Notes under the pieces: model-generated
What the model was told of the DNA's origin: nothing
The model's input: the letters and a program-made list of their open reading frames with translations, nothing else
The model's database searches: none
Shown here: positions 26,260 through 39,910 of the stretch, one piece after another
How positions within the stretch are numbered: position 1 is the first letter of the stretch
Layout: each line of letters opens with the position of its first letter
Position numbers and translations under genes: made by a program
NCBI RefSeq assembly: GCF_006345805.1
Contig: NC_043005.1
Location: 37,820,001-37,884,000 of the forward strand
Direction of reading: 5' to 3'
DNA: 64,000 nt
Origin: Octopus sinensis
Lineage: Eukaryota

Positions 26260-27167
26260 AAAGAATAATGAGAGAAATTGATTATTAATTTATTTAATTC
26301 ATTATTTATTCATGATTGTACAATTTTATGTGTATCTTTTTTTCAGAAAGTAAACAAATGCAAAAGTTATATATATTTTGATTTTTCTTCTAATATAACA
26401 TGATATATATACATATACAGACACACACACACACACACATATTCGATAACAGATTTATCATCCCAATGAAAGTTCTTTTAATTTCTCTTCAATCTGACCC
26501 TATACATCTAAAAATGTGGATGTCTTGTGCCCACTTGAAACTTTATGTTGAGCTAAGTCAACCTTTTACTTTATTATTAAAAGAACAACTAAATGTGTTA
26601 AGTGCTACTTTCTTTTGTTTCTTTACCCACTGTTGTATGTATATATATATATATACATATATGTGTATGGTGTGGTATATGTGCGCATATATATATATAC
26701 ATGTGCATGCGTTTGTGTATATGTATGTAGTGTACTGTTACATTTCAATAAGGTCAACAATAGTCTTCCTTTGTCTGATGAACCCCACAACCATTGTTAA
26801 TTCATATATAAACTGTATTTTCTTTCTAACAGGTCAAAAATATACAATTCTTACCTCTCTTTCCCTCAAAGCTGTCTGTTTTTTCCCAATGTTTTTTTAT
26901 TTTCTTGTTTTTCCTCATTCTTCCTCTCTTTTCCTTAGAGAATAACCATGTTTATTTTGAGCCTAAACAATTGCAGAATTGTACACAGTACACTTTGCAA
27001 TTTTATCCATATATTGTGCTATCTGAGCATGAAACTTAAAGTAGCTCACATCTTGTGTCTATTAAATTATGTAGGTTTTTGCATGTGTGTATTATGCATT
27101 GTAGAACATTAAAGCATATTTTCTATTACATATTGACTTAACATTGCTCATTTTGTTTATATTTCAG

Positions 27168-27350
27168 TTCTATGTAATAGACCCCCAGATATTCCAAATG
27201 CTTATCACAATGCACCCAAAGGGCAAGACAGCTTTCCTGCTGGTACTGTACTGACATATAAATGTGAAGCGCGATTCAGGGCTGATGGGCAAGAGCGTGC
27301 AATGTGCAGGGAAGATGGTACATGGAGTGGACCGACTATGTTTTGTAAAG
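27168..27350 (+). CDS. Internal coding exon encoding one sushi/CCP (complement control protein) domain of an unidentified host gene
   Basis: Acceptor ttttgtttatatttcAG|, donor AAG|GTGAGT. 183 nt, phase 1-1, open frame (x)LCNRPPDIPNAYHNAPKGQDSFPAGTVLTYKCEARFRADGQERAMCREDGTWSGPTMFCK with the four sushi Cys, C-x2-PP, GT-x-LTYKC and C-x3-G-x-WS-x5-C motifs. Confidence 0.92.
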
Positions 27351-27699
27351 GTGAGTACAGTCAATAAACGTTTCCAAGGAATTCTAATCTCAAATCCAAA
27401 ATTGTTATTTAACAACTTTTAGCCATTTGCTTTTTTGTTTTGGTTTTCTTCATATAATTTTCTCCTAAACAAGACTTTAGACCAATGTGGCATAAGGGAC
27501 TATGAGGAAGGTAAAGAATGGGCCTAGAAATTCAAAAGATATCAATGGACTGAAAGTTTGAAGAATTGGATATCATAGACTAGAGAAAAAGATGGTGGTA
27601 TTGAGTTTCAGAGAGCAGCAGTTTGAAGAATGATGTTATGATAATAAAAGGACGTATGACTAGCAGGATGCTCAACAATGAAAATCTACCAGGAATCTT

Positions 27700-28067
27700 T
27701 GCAACTACATGGTTTCAGGTTCAGTCCCACTGCATGGCACTTTGGACAAGCGTTTTCTATTATAGCCTTGGGTTGACCAATACTTTTTGAGTATATTTGG
27801 CAAACAGAAACTCTGTGGAAGCCTGACATGTTTAAGTGTGTGTGTGTGTGTGTTTGCATTTGTACCCTTCACCACTGTTTGACAACTAGTGTCGCTTTGT
27901 TTATGTTTGCATAAATTAGCAGTTTGACAAAAGAGACCAATAAAATAAGTACAAGATTTTAAAAACATAAGTAGTAACTGAGGTTGATTTGTTCAACTAA
28001 AACCCTCAAAGACAGTGCCCCAGCATGGCCACGGCCCAATGTCTGACACAAGTAACAGAGAATAAAA
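27700..28067 (+). mobile_element. SINE family A, head partly lost
   Basis: GGTTCAGTCCCACTGCATGGCACTTTGGACAAG...CCCCAGCATGGCCAC...GACACAAGTAACAGAG. Confidence 0.75.
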
Positions 28068-28295
28068 GATGTGACAGATTTTGAAGGATTGTTGCCAAAC
28101 AAGCAAATCAACCTACAGCTGGGCTTCCAGTGAATTGGTTGCCAGGTACACCTTGACAAGCTGATGTATTGTTAATGTGACCATGAAGCTAGTGGTCAGA
28201 GAAACTGACAAACATGGAATCACTAAGGCAGAGAAATGTTGCTAATGAGATAGCCTGATATATGGCCAAGTAAACTACAGTGGGTGTGATTAAAT

Positions 28296-28940
28296 CAGTG
28301 TTTCTCAAACATTTTTTTGCCTATGGATCCCTTTGATTCCTATTTTACACTTCTGGACCCTTGTGCCCATTCCATGTTAAAAACAAATCTTATTCTATTT
28401 TTATAATTAGATCAAGTCAAGTACGTCAACACCAACATCAAAATAAAAATCAAATGGAAATTGTAGTTAAGATACCCGTGCCAGTGACACGTAAAAAGCA
28501 CCGTCTGAACGTGGCAGTTGCCAATACCGCCTGACTGGCGTCCATGTTAGTGACACATAAAAGCACCAACCAATCGTGTCCGTTTGCTAGCCTCCTCTGG
28601 CCCCTGTGACGGTGGCACGTAAAAAACACCCACTACACTCATGGAGTGGTTGGCATTAGGAAGGGCATCGTGCTGTAGAAACGCTGCCAGATCAGACTGG
28701 AGCCTGGTGCAACCTCCTGGCTTCCCAGACCCTGGTCAAACCGTCCAACTCATGCTAGCATGGAAAACAGACGTTAAACGATGATGATGATGATGATATT
28801 ATTATTAAGAATTGTATAAGAAAATTGTTAAAATATTTGGTGTACTGTAGAAGTATAACTAGTTTTTTGGTCATAAATTTTAACAACAAAATTTTATATG
28901 GACCTGAAAGGGTCATATGAACTCCAGTTGAGAACCAGCA
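28296..28940. mobile_element. hAT/Charlie-like MITE interrupted by an RTE 3' fragment
   Basis: Starts CAGTGTTTCTCAAAC and ends GTTGAGAACCAGC, resembling Charlie-type termini; ~270 bp once the 28420-28797 insert is removed. Confidence 0.55.
28420..28797 (+). mobile_element. RTE 3'-UTR-only copy
   Basis: GTGGCACGTAAAAAACACCCACTACACTC...AGGAAGGGCATC...CATGCTAGCATGGAAAACAGACGTTAAACG(ATG)n. Confidence 0.85.
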
Positions 28941-30625
28941 GGTTACATGAATTTTCAGACATAGTTGTAAGCATGGTTGTCTGGTTAAGAAGCATGTTTC
29001 TCAACTAAGTGGTTTGGGGTTCAGTCTCACAGCACCTTGGGCAATTGTTCTACTGCAACCTCAGAGCCTTTTGAGTAGATTTTGTTGGGGGAAACTAACA
29101 GAAGCCCATTATGTGTGTGTGAGAGTGAGAGTTTGTGTTAAATCATGCAAAGACTGGAAACAAACATCGCCGCCACATTAGTGATATTGTTCACCTCCAG
29201 TTTTCTGTGAAACACGTCTGATTATGGTGAAATATTACCTTATTTCGAAACAGATCAGAGTGGGCACAAAAAGAACATGTGACTGTAAGAAATCAGTGTC
29301 AGCAAATTCTATCTGACCCATGGAAAAGTGGACATTAAAATAATGAAAATGGAGTCACCACTGCTCCTAATGTCAATGTTGTTAGATTGACATTTAAACA
29401 AGCAGAACAGAAGTTATTAGTCACTATCATCATCATCATCCCTTGGATATTACTATCTCAACTCCTAGGAATTGTAGGGCCAGTGACCTAGAAGTCACCA
29501 AAATAATAACATTACCCCTGACTAGGATATTACTCCATTGCTGAGCTACTCCTTTTCAGCTGAGTGGGCTGGAGCAATGTGAATGAAAGTGTTTTGCTCA
29601 AGAACACAAAATGTGGTCCAGTTCAGGACCTGAAACCATGATTTTGAAATTGTAAGTGCAGCACCTTACACTAGGCCACTTGCTTTCACTGATTAGACAG
29701 ACAGACATGCAATTAAGTAGACAGGTGTGTAATTAGACAGGACAAGTGTCAAAATAGGAAAATAAATGCACAAACAAAGAGCATTTTAACTTGGAAAAGT
29801 TGCAACACTATAAGCAAGTTGTATGTATGGAATGTTAAACAAATTTATTAAAACTGTATTGAACATCTAAGAATTTCAATACAAGATTTCAATTTGTTTT
29901 TTTAATTTTTTTTTTTTGTTTTCTTTGGTGGAAACCACCAAAAACAGATAAGAAAAAAATTATCAGCAGGGAATAAATAACATCACTGTAAAATTTTTCT
30001 AATTCATTTTCAAACAAAATATTTTCAGTTTTCCGTTTTTCTTTCTATTTCTGTAATTCTTTTACAAATGTTTTCCTCTTTCTTGTTATTTTTCTAATCT
30101 TTTTCATTCTGCTATCCATTTTATCATCATCATCTTCATCATTAATACACACACACACGCAATCATACACACACACATATATACAAATATACGAATATGT
30201 GTATAGATATTTACATATATATATGCATATACATATATATACAGCCATATATATATATATATAAACATAAATACACATACATATGTACACACATACATAC
30301 ATACATACATATATACATACATACATACATACATACATATGTATATGTATATACATACATACATACATACATATATATATAAATATATATATTCTTGTTT
30401 TTATTTCATTAACATCAATTGCTTCTTTATGAAATTATCTTGTTGTCATTGTTAGGAATATGAAGACAAAATAGATTTCCCTAACAACAAATCTATTTTT
30501 CTGGGTTTTGTTGTTTTTGTTGCTGTTGATTTTCTTCTTTTCGTTTTAGTTTTTAATATGATTTGTATGTGGCGTTTCATTTCTTTACATGTAGAAAAAT
30601 GTGTATATCTATATTTGTACATATG

Positions 30626-30680
<55 letters not shown>

Positions 30681-30696
30681 TTACATACATGTATGC

Positions 30697-30728
<32 letters not shown>

Positions 30729-30791
30729 CCTTACATATATGTTTGTATGTATATATATATAGAACATACCAAATATGGGAAGACTTCTAAA

Positions 30792-30823
<32 letters not shown>

Positions 30824-31019
30824 GCCTTACACATTTCCTACTCTTATTTTAAGCAGTTTTCCCTTTTGGTTTTCCTTACTTTCATTGTCACAGTTTTATT
30901 CCATTCACTTACTTTACTGTAGTATGTTTGTAGGTGGAATGGGTAGCTAGGAGTGAGGAAACAAAAGAAAAAATGAAAGAGAGAGAGACATAGAAAGAAG
31001 GCAGGCTAGAGACTGTGTG

Positions 31020-31071
<52 letters not shown>

Positions 31072-31659
31072 TTCATATGCATGTGTTTTTGACTTGAAAA
31101 CTCAGCTAACTTGTAAAGAAATAAATTGGAATAAAAAAATTATCAGAAATAAAAAGCATTTATGAAATGAAGAGAGTTTTCTACTCACTTGATTGTGTGC
31201 TCTGTTAATTTGTTAATTAATTTCATTTAGTTAGAAGTCTTGCCATATTTGGTATGTTCTACTTCCTTTTAACTGCTAAAGGTTAGCAAATAATTCTCTC
31301 TTTGTTGGTTTTTTTCCTCTGCTTTTTAGTTTCATTTTCCTTCTTATATACTTTTTTTTTTTTTCTGTGGTTAAGGTTTATTTTCTTCTCAGCTATTTTC
31401 AAAGTCAGTATTCATAAGACTTAAAATTCAGATTCACAGGCTTGTGTGTTTTGGAAAGCAGAACAATAACCGTAATATATATTTATCTGATACGTAGCAG
31501 ATACTTAACAGTTTGTGTGATAAACTCTCGAAAGATTGTTAAGAAGTTAACAGATTAAAAATCAACAAAGTGATATTGAAAACATGGCAGAGGTTGTGTA
31601 AACAGATAGGTAATAGCAATAATAATGAATATGTAAATATATAATGTGAATCCAGCAAA

Positions 31660-31685
31660 TCATTATCATCAACATCACCACCACC

Positions 31686-31762
<77 letters not shown>

Positions 31763-31935
31763 AATCTTCATCATCATAATCTTCATCATCATCAACATCA
31801 TTATTATCATCATTGTTACTATCATCAGAATCGTCATCATCATCATCATCAACAACATCATCATTGTCATTGTTGCTGCTGTCACCGTTCCTGTCACTGT
31901 CGCCATTGCTGTTGTCATCATCATCATCATCATTT
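31660..31935. repeat. Compound (CAC)n/(CAT)n trinucleotide microsatellite
   Basis: Pure and interrupted CAC/CAT/TGT runs; source of spurious poly-H and poly-M ORFs. Similar compound tracts at 18300-18590, 30140-30390, 48200-48400, 56270-56400 and elsewhere. Confidence 0.95.
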
Positions 31936-32429
31936 AATGTTCACATTTCAACAGTTGTATGGATAAGACAGAATTTAGTCGAAACAGATTTTTTTTTCAC
32001 AGCCAGATACCCTTCCTATAACAAACCCTTAACCAGATAATATTTCTCCATGGCCAGACCTGCATTTTACAGAAAACACTGTAGAGTTTTTATGACTGTG
32101 GTTGCTCATTAATAGAACATCACATGATGTTGAGACAAGGGTATATACAAACACATACACACAACCAGACACACACACACTCATATACATACATGCATAC
32201 ACACACACACACACACACACTCACTGACCTCTTTCGTTCTCATCAAATCTACTCTATCCACTTACAAGGCTTTTGGTGGTTCATAGCTGTAGTAGGAGAC
32301 ACTATCTCAAAATGCCATGGAGTGGGACTGAAGCTGACACCACAGAGTTCCAGAACAAGTTTCTTAACCACGTTGCCATGCCAACGAATTCTTTGATTTA
32401 CTTGAATACAACAAAGGATTCACAAATTC

Positions 32430-32760
32430 AGGCATGGCCTGGTAGATAAGAATCACTTTGTGCAACCATATGATTTCAGGTTCAGCCCCACTGCACAGTT
32501 CTTTGGATGAATCTATTCTACTATTGCCCCCAGGCTGACCAATGCCTTCTTGTGAGTGAATTTGGTAAATGGAAGCTGTGTGGAAACCTGTTGTGTGTGT
32601 GTGTGTGTGTATGCATTTGTGTGTCCTTCTACCTCTTGACTGCTGATATTGGTTTGTTTATATCCCCATAACTTAGCAGTGTGGCAAAGCACCCAATATT
32701 ATAAATTTCAGACTTTAAACAAAAAAAAATAATGAATTGGGATTAATTCAAGTTGATCCC
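32430..32760 (+). mobile_element. SINE family A, degenerate
   Basis: GCATGGCCTGGTAGATAAG...GGTTCAGCCCCACTGCAC head and CCCCATAACTTAGCAG body. Other degenerate copies at 32180-32385 (-), 34005-34440 (+), 41940-42115 (+), 55755-55960 (-) and 63420-63665 (-). Confidence 0.7.
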
Positions 32761-34153
32761 CATAGTCTAATGATGAAATGAAAAGATAAATGATAACAGT
32801 ATTTAATGAGATAATTTATATTATTTTCATATTATGTTGGAGACAGGAGGAACAGCAATAATATTAGAAGTCTTTGGTGCAGAACAGAATTTTGACCTTC
32901 TACTTCTATGATGGAATTAGACCACTGCGTTAGGCATGACAGATTATTCTGTTGACAAGAATGATAATGATGATGATGATGGATGGTGGTGGTGGTGGTG
33001 GTGGTGGTGGTGGTGGTCTTTGCAGTGTTGCTTCTCATATTTAAAGATTTGGTGGTGTTTGCCTCTCAGAAGGCATTAGCTAAATACTGCATGACAGCTA
33101 ATGAAATGCTCATTAATTATGTTATCCTTATATTATTGAATTTTCCAGCTCGTGATATTTATTTACTGCCACACAAAATTATGTTAGTGATAGTTAAATG
33201 CTTCTGGACATGTTGAGGGATCCATAGTGGATTCCCTTGCTTCCTCCCATTTGTCTTCCCTCAACACCTGTTTTTCATCATATTCACCCCTATACCCTAT
33301 CTTTAACCATCACTCACTCTCTTATACACTCTTACAACCTCTACCCACTAGCACACCCTATCCTCTTGTTCCCACTCACTTGTAATTGCCTTCAGTCTTG
33401 AGGACCCACACTGACACCTCATCACATAACAGTTTTCTCTCCCCAGCTCCATCCACATCATCCCTGCCCTTACTTCTGTAATGAAAGTAGTCATGCAGTT
33501 CGCTTCAACAAAAAGAAACCTGTTCCGATCTGTTCTGGCCCCTTCCATTATACTTTAGCCCTTCATTTTTTTAGCTTCCTTCCATTCTACTGAAACCCTG
33601 ATCAATCATAAGGGATCTTAGTCTTACAAACTGCACAGTGATCTCACAAGTGCTGGTGCAATGAAGAAAGGATACCCAGTACATACTGCAAAGTTGGTGG
33701 CATTAGGAAGTATATATGGCTGTAGAGACCATACTGAAGTAGACATTGGAGCATAACGTAATCTTTAGACCCATCTGATATAGCCAAACTGTCTTAACCA
33801 GCATGGAATATGGAGGTTAAATAATGATGAAGAAGTTGGTTGGTTGGAGTGGTGGTGGTGGTGGTATTAAAACAATGATGTAGGTAAGATTTGAACTGTC
33901 AGTGTTTATCAACTTATAGACTGGCACTTTGTTAAAGAACTAGCTGTGACTCTAAATATTCCATCAAATATTGCTAAATTCTTTCAGTAAATAGCAATAG
34001 TTGCAGGCATAGCTGTGTGGTTAAGAAACATGTGGTTTTAGGTTCAACCTCACTGCACAGTACACTGAACAAATGTCTTCTACTATGTACGTAGCTCTGG
34101 ATCATCCAATGCTTTATGAATGAATTTGGTAGACAAGCTATGAGGAAGCCCAT

Positions 34154-34219
<66 letters not shown>

Positions 34220-36051
34220 TGTGTCTGTGTGTGCGTGTGTCTGTTAATTCCTCATTCTGCTAATTCTTGACAATGATGTTAGTTTGTTTACATCCCTGTA
34301 CTTTAGAAGTTTATCAGAAGAGACTGATGGAAAAAACACCAAGCCAATGAATAAGTACTTGGCTTGATTTGCTCAACTAGCCATTAGTAGTGTTGTCCCA
34401 GAATGACCACAGTCAGATGACAGAAACAAGTAGAAGGCAAATGACAAATAATCTATAGACTGAAGAGCCACCAAAATATATACATGAGGCCACTTGAGAA
34501 TATTGCCAATGATTGTGTCTATTGTTTGTTTGAATGAATCATTATTTTAAATGTTTCCTCATTTTCTGTAATGAAATATTGCAGCCATTTATGAATACAT
34601 TTCTTGTCTTATTTTCTTCTGTTTTGGCAGTTTTTCTTCCCTGTTTTTTTTTTTTTGGTCTTTTTTTTTTTGCTTTGAAATTCACTTATAGGTCATTCAG
34701 GAAGCAGAAAACATCCATGTTTGATTCCTGATTGTTTTTTTTTTCTATTTAATTTTAGCTATTATAATCGTTACCATTCATTATTTTTTTTTTCCTCTAA
34801 CTTATCACAGTGTATCTCATACTCCTCACCACCACCACCACCACCACCACGCACCACCACCACCACCACCACCTGTTTAATTTTGACACCTGACCTTATT
34901 CTATTGTATCAAATGTTCACTGTCTCATTTGACATATATGTGATATTGTAGTTTTAACAAACAAACAATAATAGATTGCTAAATGAATAAATAAACAGAT
35001 CAATAAATAGCCAATTTTCTATAAATATAGTGTGTGTTGCAGGTTTTTTTTTTTTCTTTTTTGTTATGTCTAAGAAAAGAATTTGATTAGAATTTTCAGT
35101 GAAGCAAGGATATTTGAGATAAAATACTTAGGTTATACAAGATAGTCTGAGATGTCGCCTGTTGTGTTTCAGAAAGAAATTCGAATGTGTCTGAAAATAA
35201 ATATGTTTGAAAAAGACAAAAGAAATTTGTATCAGCTTTTTTCTTTAAATACATCCCAAATGAATATCGAAGAAGTTCTACAAACCATTTTTATCATTAT
35301 TGCCATCATCATTGTCATTGTCGTCGTCATCATCACCACCATCATAATCATCACCATCACCATCATTACCACATCATCACCACCACCACCATCATCATCA
35401 TTATCATCATATGTTCATTTTCCATGCTGGTATGGGTTAGATAATCAGACAGGAGCTGGCAAGCCAAAGAGCTGTGCTGTTCTTCAGTGTCGGCTTTGGT
35501 TTGATCCCCTTTCCTAGCTCTAGCATCAATGACTGTACTGGGTGCTCGGTTTTCATGCTACTGACACTTATGAAGTTGCTATGTAACTTGCTAGACAGGA
35601 TAAGAACATGGAAAAAGAAACAAAAGAAGCCCCTACTACTAAATGAGGGAGTATATGAAAGGACGAGGTAGCTTTATGCCTGGTGTTGAGAAGCTAACGT
35701 ATGATAAAGGGGCAAGCACAGGTGTCTTGCAATAGAGGAAATAAAATGGCCACCACATTATGTAAGAGTTGCTAGGGGTAGCTGAAAAGGATATAAAGTG
35801 ATGGGGTACCAGAGCAAATTTCAAGCTACAAGAAAATCAGCAAAGGCAGAATTCACAAAAAATAAGGAGGATAGTGGTAGATTCATGATTGTGAGCAGGG
35901 AGGGTAATGGATGGTTTACAGATGGGGGCAGAGATAAACTTGAGTGATGACCATAGGCAGAGGAGCAGTTGATGGGAAATATCAATATGGAAAGGTAGTG
36001 GAAGGTGAGATGGATATGGATCATGTATATCCAGGTTCAAGTTCCAGTACT

Positions 36052-36386
36052 AGGGTAAAGATCCCCTTTGATCATAAATGACTATAGGATTGTATCTAGA
36101 CGGTTCCCCCTTTGAAGTGCAAATCTGGGCAAGGTTGTTTATGGAAGACCAGCAATCGTCCAAGAATACCAGCCTCTCCTCTCCATGCCACCAATGTTAT
36201 CCAAGGAAATGGCAAAGACCAATACAGCTTTGCACCAGTGATGTTGCAATTCATTTCTACTGCTGAGTGAATTGGAGCAATGTGAAGTAAAGTGTCTTGC
36301 TCAAGAACACAACACACAGCCCAGTCCGGGAATCAAATTCACTATCACACGAATGTGAGCCTGACCCTCTAACCACTGAGCCATGC
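36052..36386 (-). mobile_element. SINE family B, full length
   Basis: Colinear with 21559-21899. Confidence 0.85.
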
Positions 36387-36418
36387 ATCTTCACTATATC
36401 TGTACTAAAGTTGCTAGT

Positions 36419-36698
36419 CTTTCTTTTACTTTTCTTTTACTTGTTTCAGTCATTTGATTGCGGCCATGCTTGGACACTACTTTGAAGGCTTCTAGATGAA
36501 GAAATTGACCCTTGGGACTTATATTTTTAAGCCTGATACATATTTTATCAGTCTCTTTTGCCAGACTGCTGATTTATGGGGATATAAACACACCAACACG
36601 GGTTGTCAAGCAGTCATAAGGGACAAACACAGACAGAAAGTCAAACACACATGCACACACACATACATAAACACATATCTATATGTATGTATAAATAT

Positions 36699-36732
<34 letters not shown>

Positions 36733-36880
36733 CGACAGGCTTCTTGACAGTTTCTATCTACCAAATTTACTCATGAGGCTTTCGTTGGCCTGAGGCTATA
36801 GTATAAGATACTTGCAGAAGGTACCATACAGTGGGACTGAACCTAGAACCATGTGGTTGGGAAGCCAGCTTCTTATTACA
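36419..36880 (-). mobile_element. SINE family A
   Basis: Tail CTTTTACTTGTTTCAGTCATTTGA and head CAGTGGGACTGAACC as read on the plus strand. Confidence 0.8.
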
Positions 36881-38458
36881 TTCCTTAAAAATGTTAACAT
36901 TACTCTTATTTCAATACAGGAGATTTAGAAAGAAGAAGGTTTAGTTTGATTATTAACTTATGAAGTGACATAAACTGAGGGTTAGGATTTTTGGCTCCTG
37001 ACTTTAAAGTCACAGGTTCACATCATGGCCTAAGTGGGGCATTGTATCTTTAAGCTTGGCTATTCATTTCATGTTATTCATCACACCAACCAACTATTAC
37101 ATTCCTCATGTTTTGCTGGTTCAAATGGGTTTTGCCAGTTGAAGGCTAGAAGAGCAAAGCAGATGTATGTGTCTATTTGGGACTGCATAGGCAAATGTAA
37201 CAATTAGTGAAAGCTTAGTACATGTAACCAAACCATACTAACTTCTGCACCATTGCTATACAGTACATTTCACTGAGTCTTGTCAATAGAGACAAAAGTC
37301 CATTGCCGGTGATGGAAGCTGAAATCAAATGAAAATATTCAATTCAAATTTTGGTACAAGGCCAGTAAGTTTGGGTGAGAGGGAAAATCAATTACATCTA
37401 CCCCAGTGTTCAACTGGCACTTACTTTATTGACCTCAAAAGAATGGAAGGCAAAGTGGACCTCAGCAGAATTTGAACTCAGAATGTAAAGACAGAGGAAA
37501 TGCCACAGAACATTGTGCCCAACAAGCTAACAATTCTGTCAGCCCACCACCTTATAAATCAAGTGAAAATATATACAACATTGTTATAGAGGTTTCCATT
37601 ATATATTATTCAAACTGCATATCAAATACAGAACAACAAAAGAACTTAAGGTGCCACTGTATGGTCTAGAAGAAAATTACTTTCATGATAATATAAATTA
37701 AAGTAACTTTAAACTAGACAAATACATTTAACAGTTGATATTTTCTACATATCTTTAAGGTATATATGATTTTCTACTAAGATTATTTATCTTAGAAAAT
37801 AGATTAATGAAACCAATTGAAATGAAGTTAAATAATCTAGATAAAGCATCATAACAATAGATATATACATATATAACTCTGTGTGTGTTTGTAGATATTT
37901 GTGTATGTCTGTAAATGTATATATATATATGTATTATGCACAGTTATATACATATACACATATATTAATATACATGTGTGAGTGTGTATGTTTGTATATG
38001 TGTATCTTTATGTATTATGCAGTTATATGTATATATATATATATATATAACTGCATCATTCTGTATAATACAAGTGTCTTGGGCGGTGTGGGGAGTTAAC
38101 GAGATATAAGATGCATGACTTCTGATAAAAAGGGGAAAATAGCAGATAGAAAAAATATAAGGTTAGTTTTGGCCTGTTTGTTGATGTAAATGTAATTTTT
38201 TATAATTGTTTGGGAGGGGAGGTGGAGGAGATCATGCTAGCCCACATAATTACTCTCTTACTCTCTCTCTTTCTACTCTTTTACTTGTTTCAGTCATTTG
38301 ACTGTGGCCATGCTGGATCACCGCCTTTAGTCAAGCAAATCGACCCCAGGCCCGCTAAGTTACGGGGACGTAAGCTCACCAGCATCAGTTGTCAAGTGAT
38401 GTTGTGGGTGGTGATGGGGCAAACACAGACACACAAACGTATACACATGCACACACAT

Positions 38459-39396
38459 CATCATCATTATTGTTCGACCGTGGTCGAGACAATGGAATTT
38501 ACCATGCTACGCCAGACTTCACGGTCCGTCATGGCATTACAGAGGTCCTGTTGCTGGATGCCTGTATCCTTAGAGATTACATCAGGGTAGAAGAGTGTGT
38601 GCCCTCTGGTATTGTGAGTAGATGGCTTCCAGAGGAGAAGAGTAGAAATTACCTCTTTTTCAGCTCTACAACAATGTCCAGCAAACTGGACTTTCCTACC
38701 CTTCACAAGAGATGCCACAGGTGGTAGTTTCCCATATATTTGCATTTTGGTTGGATGGCGCTTCCACGAGAGATTTTGAGCTCTCATAAGGAGGCGAGTG
38801 TAGGTTCCATCCAACCGCCTCTCAAGCTTCTTTGATAACGTCCAGGTTTCTGAGCCATATAGTAGAATTGGTTCGACTGGCTTTGAAGATTTCAAGTTTG
38901 AAGTCTCTACTTAGATTTGATGACCAGATCTTATGCATGTCATTACAGGCTGACCAGGCCATACCCTTTCTAGTTAGAAAATCTTTTCCAGATGATGATA
39001 TGTATGACCCAAGATATTTGTAATCAGAGAAACCATATTTAAGGGCGCATTGTTGAGAGTATGGATGATGCAATCACTGTTGGACAGGCACTTGTTTAAT
39101 ATTCAGTCTTGGCCTCATTGAGGTAAAGACCTACACAATTTGAGGCTTGTTCAAGAGATTGTAAAAAAGACTGGGCATTGGAGAGAGAATCACTGATAAG
39201 AGCGATGTCGTCAGCAAAGTCAGGGTCTGTCAAGTATTCAGCTGGGTGTCTGGAACTTCTTCTTGGTTTTATTTCAAAGCCCTTGCCAGAGATGGTATCA
39301 ACTGACATACGTAGCACATAAGTCAACGACAATGATGAAAAGAAAAGGGGCGAGTTGTGTCTCCCTGCAGTATTCCGGCTTTGATTGAGAAAGATG
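38459..39396 (-). mobile_element. 5'-truncated RTEX-like LINE (RT C-terminal half) with short (GAT)n tail
   Basis: SFSIKAGILQGDT...FADDIAL...GLYLNEAKTE...YKYLGSYI...VEPILLYGSETWTLSKKLERRLDGTYTRLL...FAGHC; stops and frameshifts; degenerate TSD ATGCACACACAT / ATGCACTCATAT. Confidence 0.85.
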
Positions 39397-39408
39397 ATGC
39401 ACTCATAT

Positions 39409-39910
39409 CATCATCATCATCATCATTTAGCGTCCGTTTCCATGCTCCATGGGTTGGACGGTTCTACTGGGGTCTGTGAAGCCAGAAGGCTTCATCAGGC
39501 CCAGTCAAATCTGGCAGTGTTCTACGGCTGGATGCCCTTCCTAACGCCAACCACTCCATGAGTGTAGTGGGTGCTTTTTACGTGCACCCCGCACGGGTGC
39601 CAGACAGAGCTGGAAACGGCCACGAACGGATGGTGTTTTTATGTGCAACCGGCACGAGGGCCAGGCGAGGCTGGCAACGGACACGAAACGGGGGCGGTGC
39701 TGGCAACGGTCGCGAACGGAAAGTTCTCTTACATGCCACCGGCACTGGTAACACATCTGCAATTTCCATTGATCGATTTCGATTGATCCTCACTTGCCTC
39801 AATGGGTCTCACAAGCAGAGTTTCGACATGCCACTGGCACTGGTAGAACATCCGCAATTTCCATTGATCGATTTCGATTCTGATCCTCACTTGCCTCAAC
39901 ACATCTTCAC
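39409..39910 (-). mobile_element. RTE 3'-UTR-only copy, same subfamily as copy 1
   Basis: Near-identical to 13295-13825, including the diagnostic ~100-bp internal duplication (ACATGCCACCGGCACTGGTA...CTCACTTGCCTCAA twice). Confidence 0.9.

Noticed and set aside
31562-31966. Poly-M/poly-H ORFs and the many YI/CV/HT-repeat ORFs across the window
   Set aside because: Translations of (CAT)n, (TA)n and (CA)n microsatellites.
38459-39910. Template-switch chimera of RTEX and RTE made in a single insertion
   Set aside because: The RTEX part has its own degenerate TSD and is more decayed than the RTE part, which favours sequential insertions.
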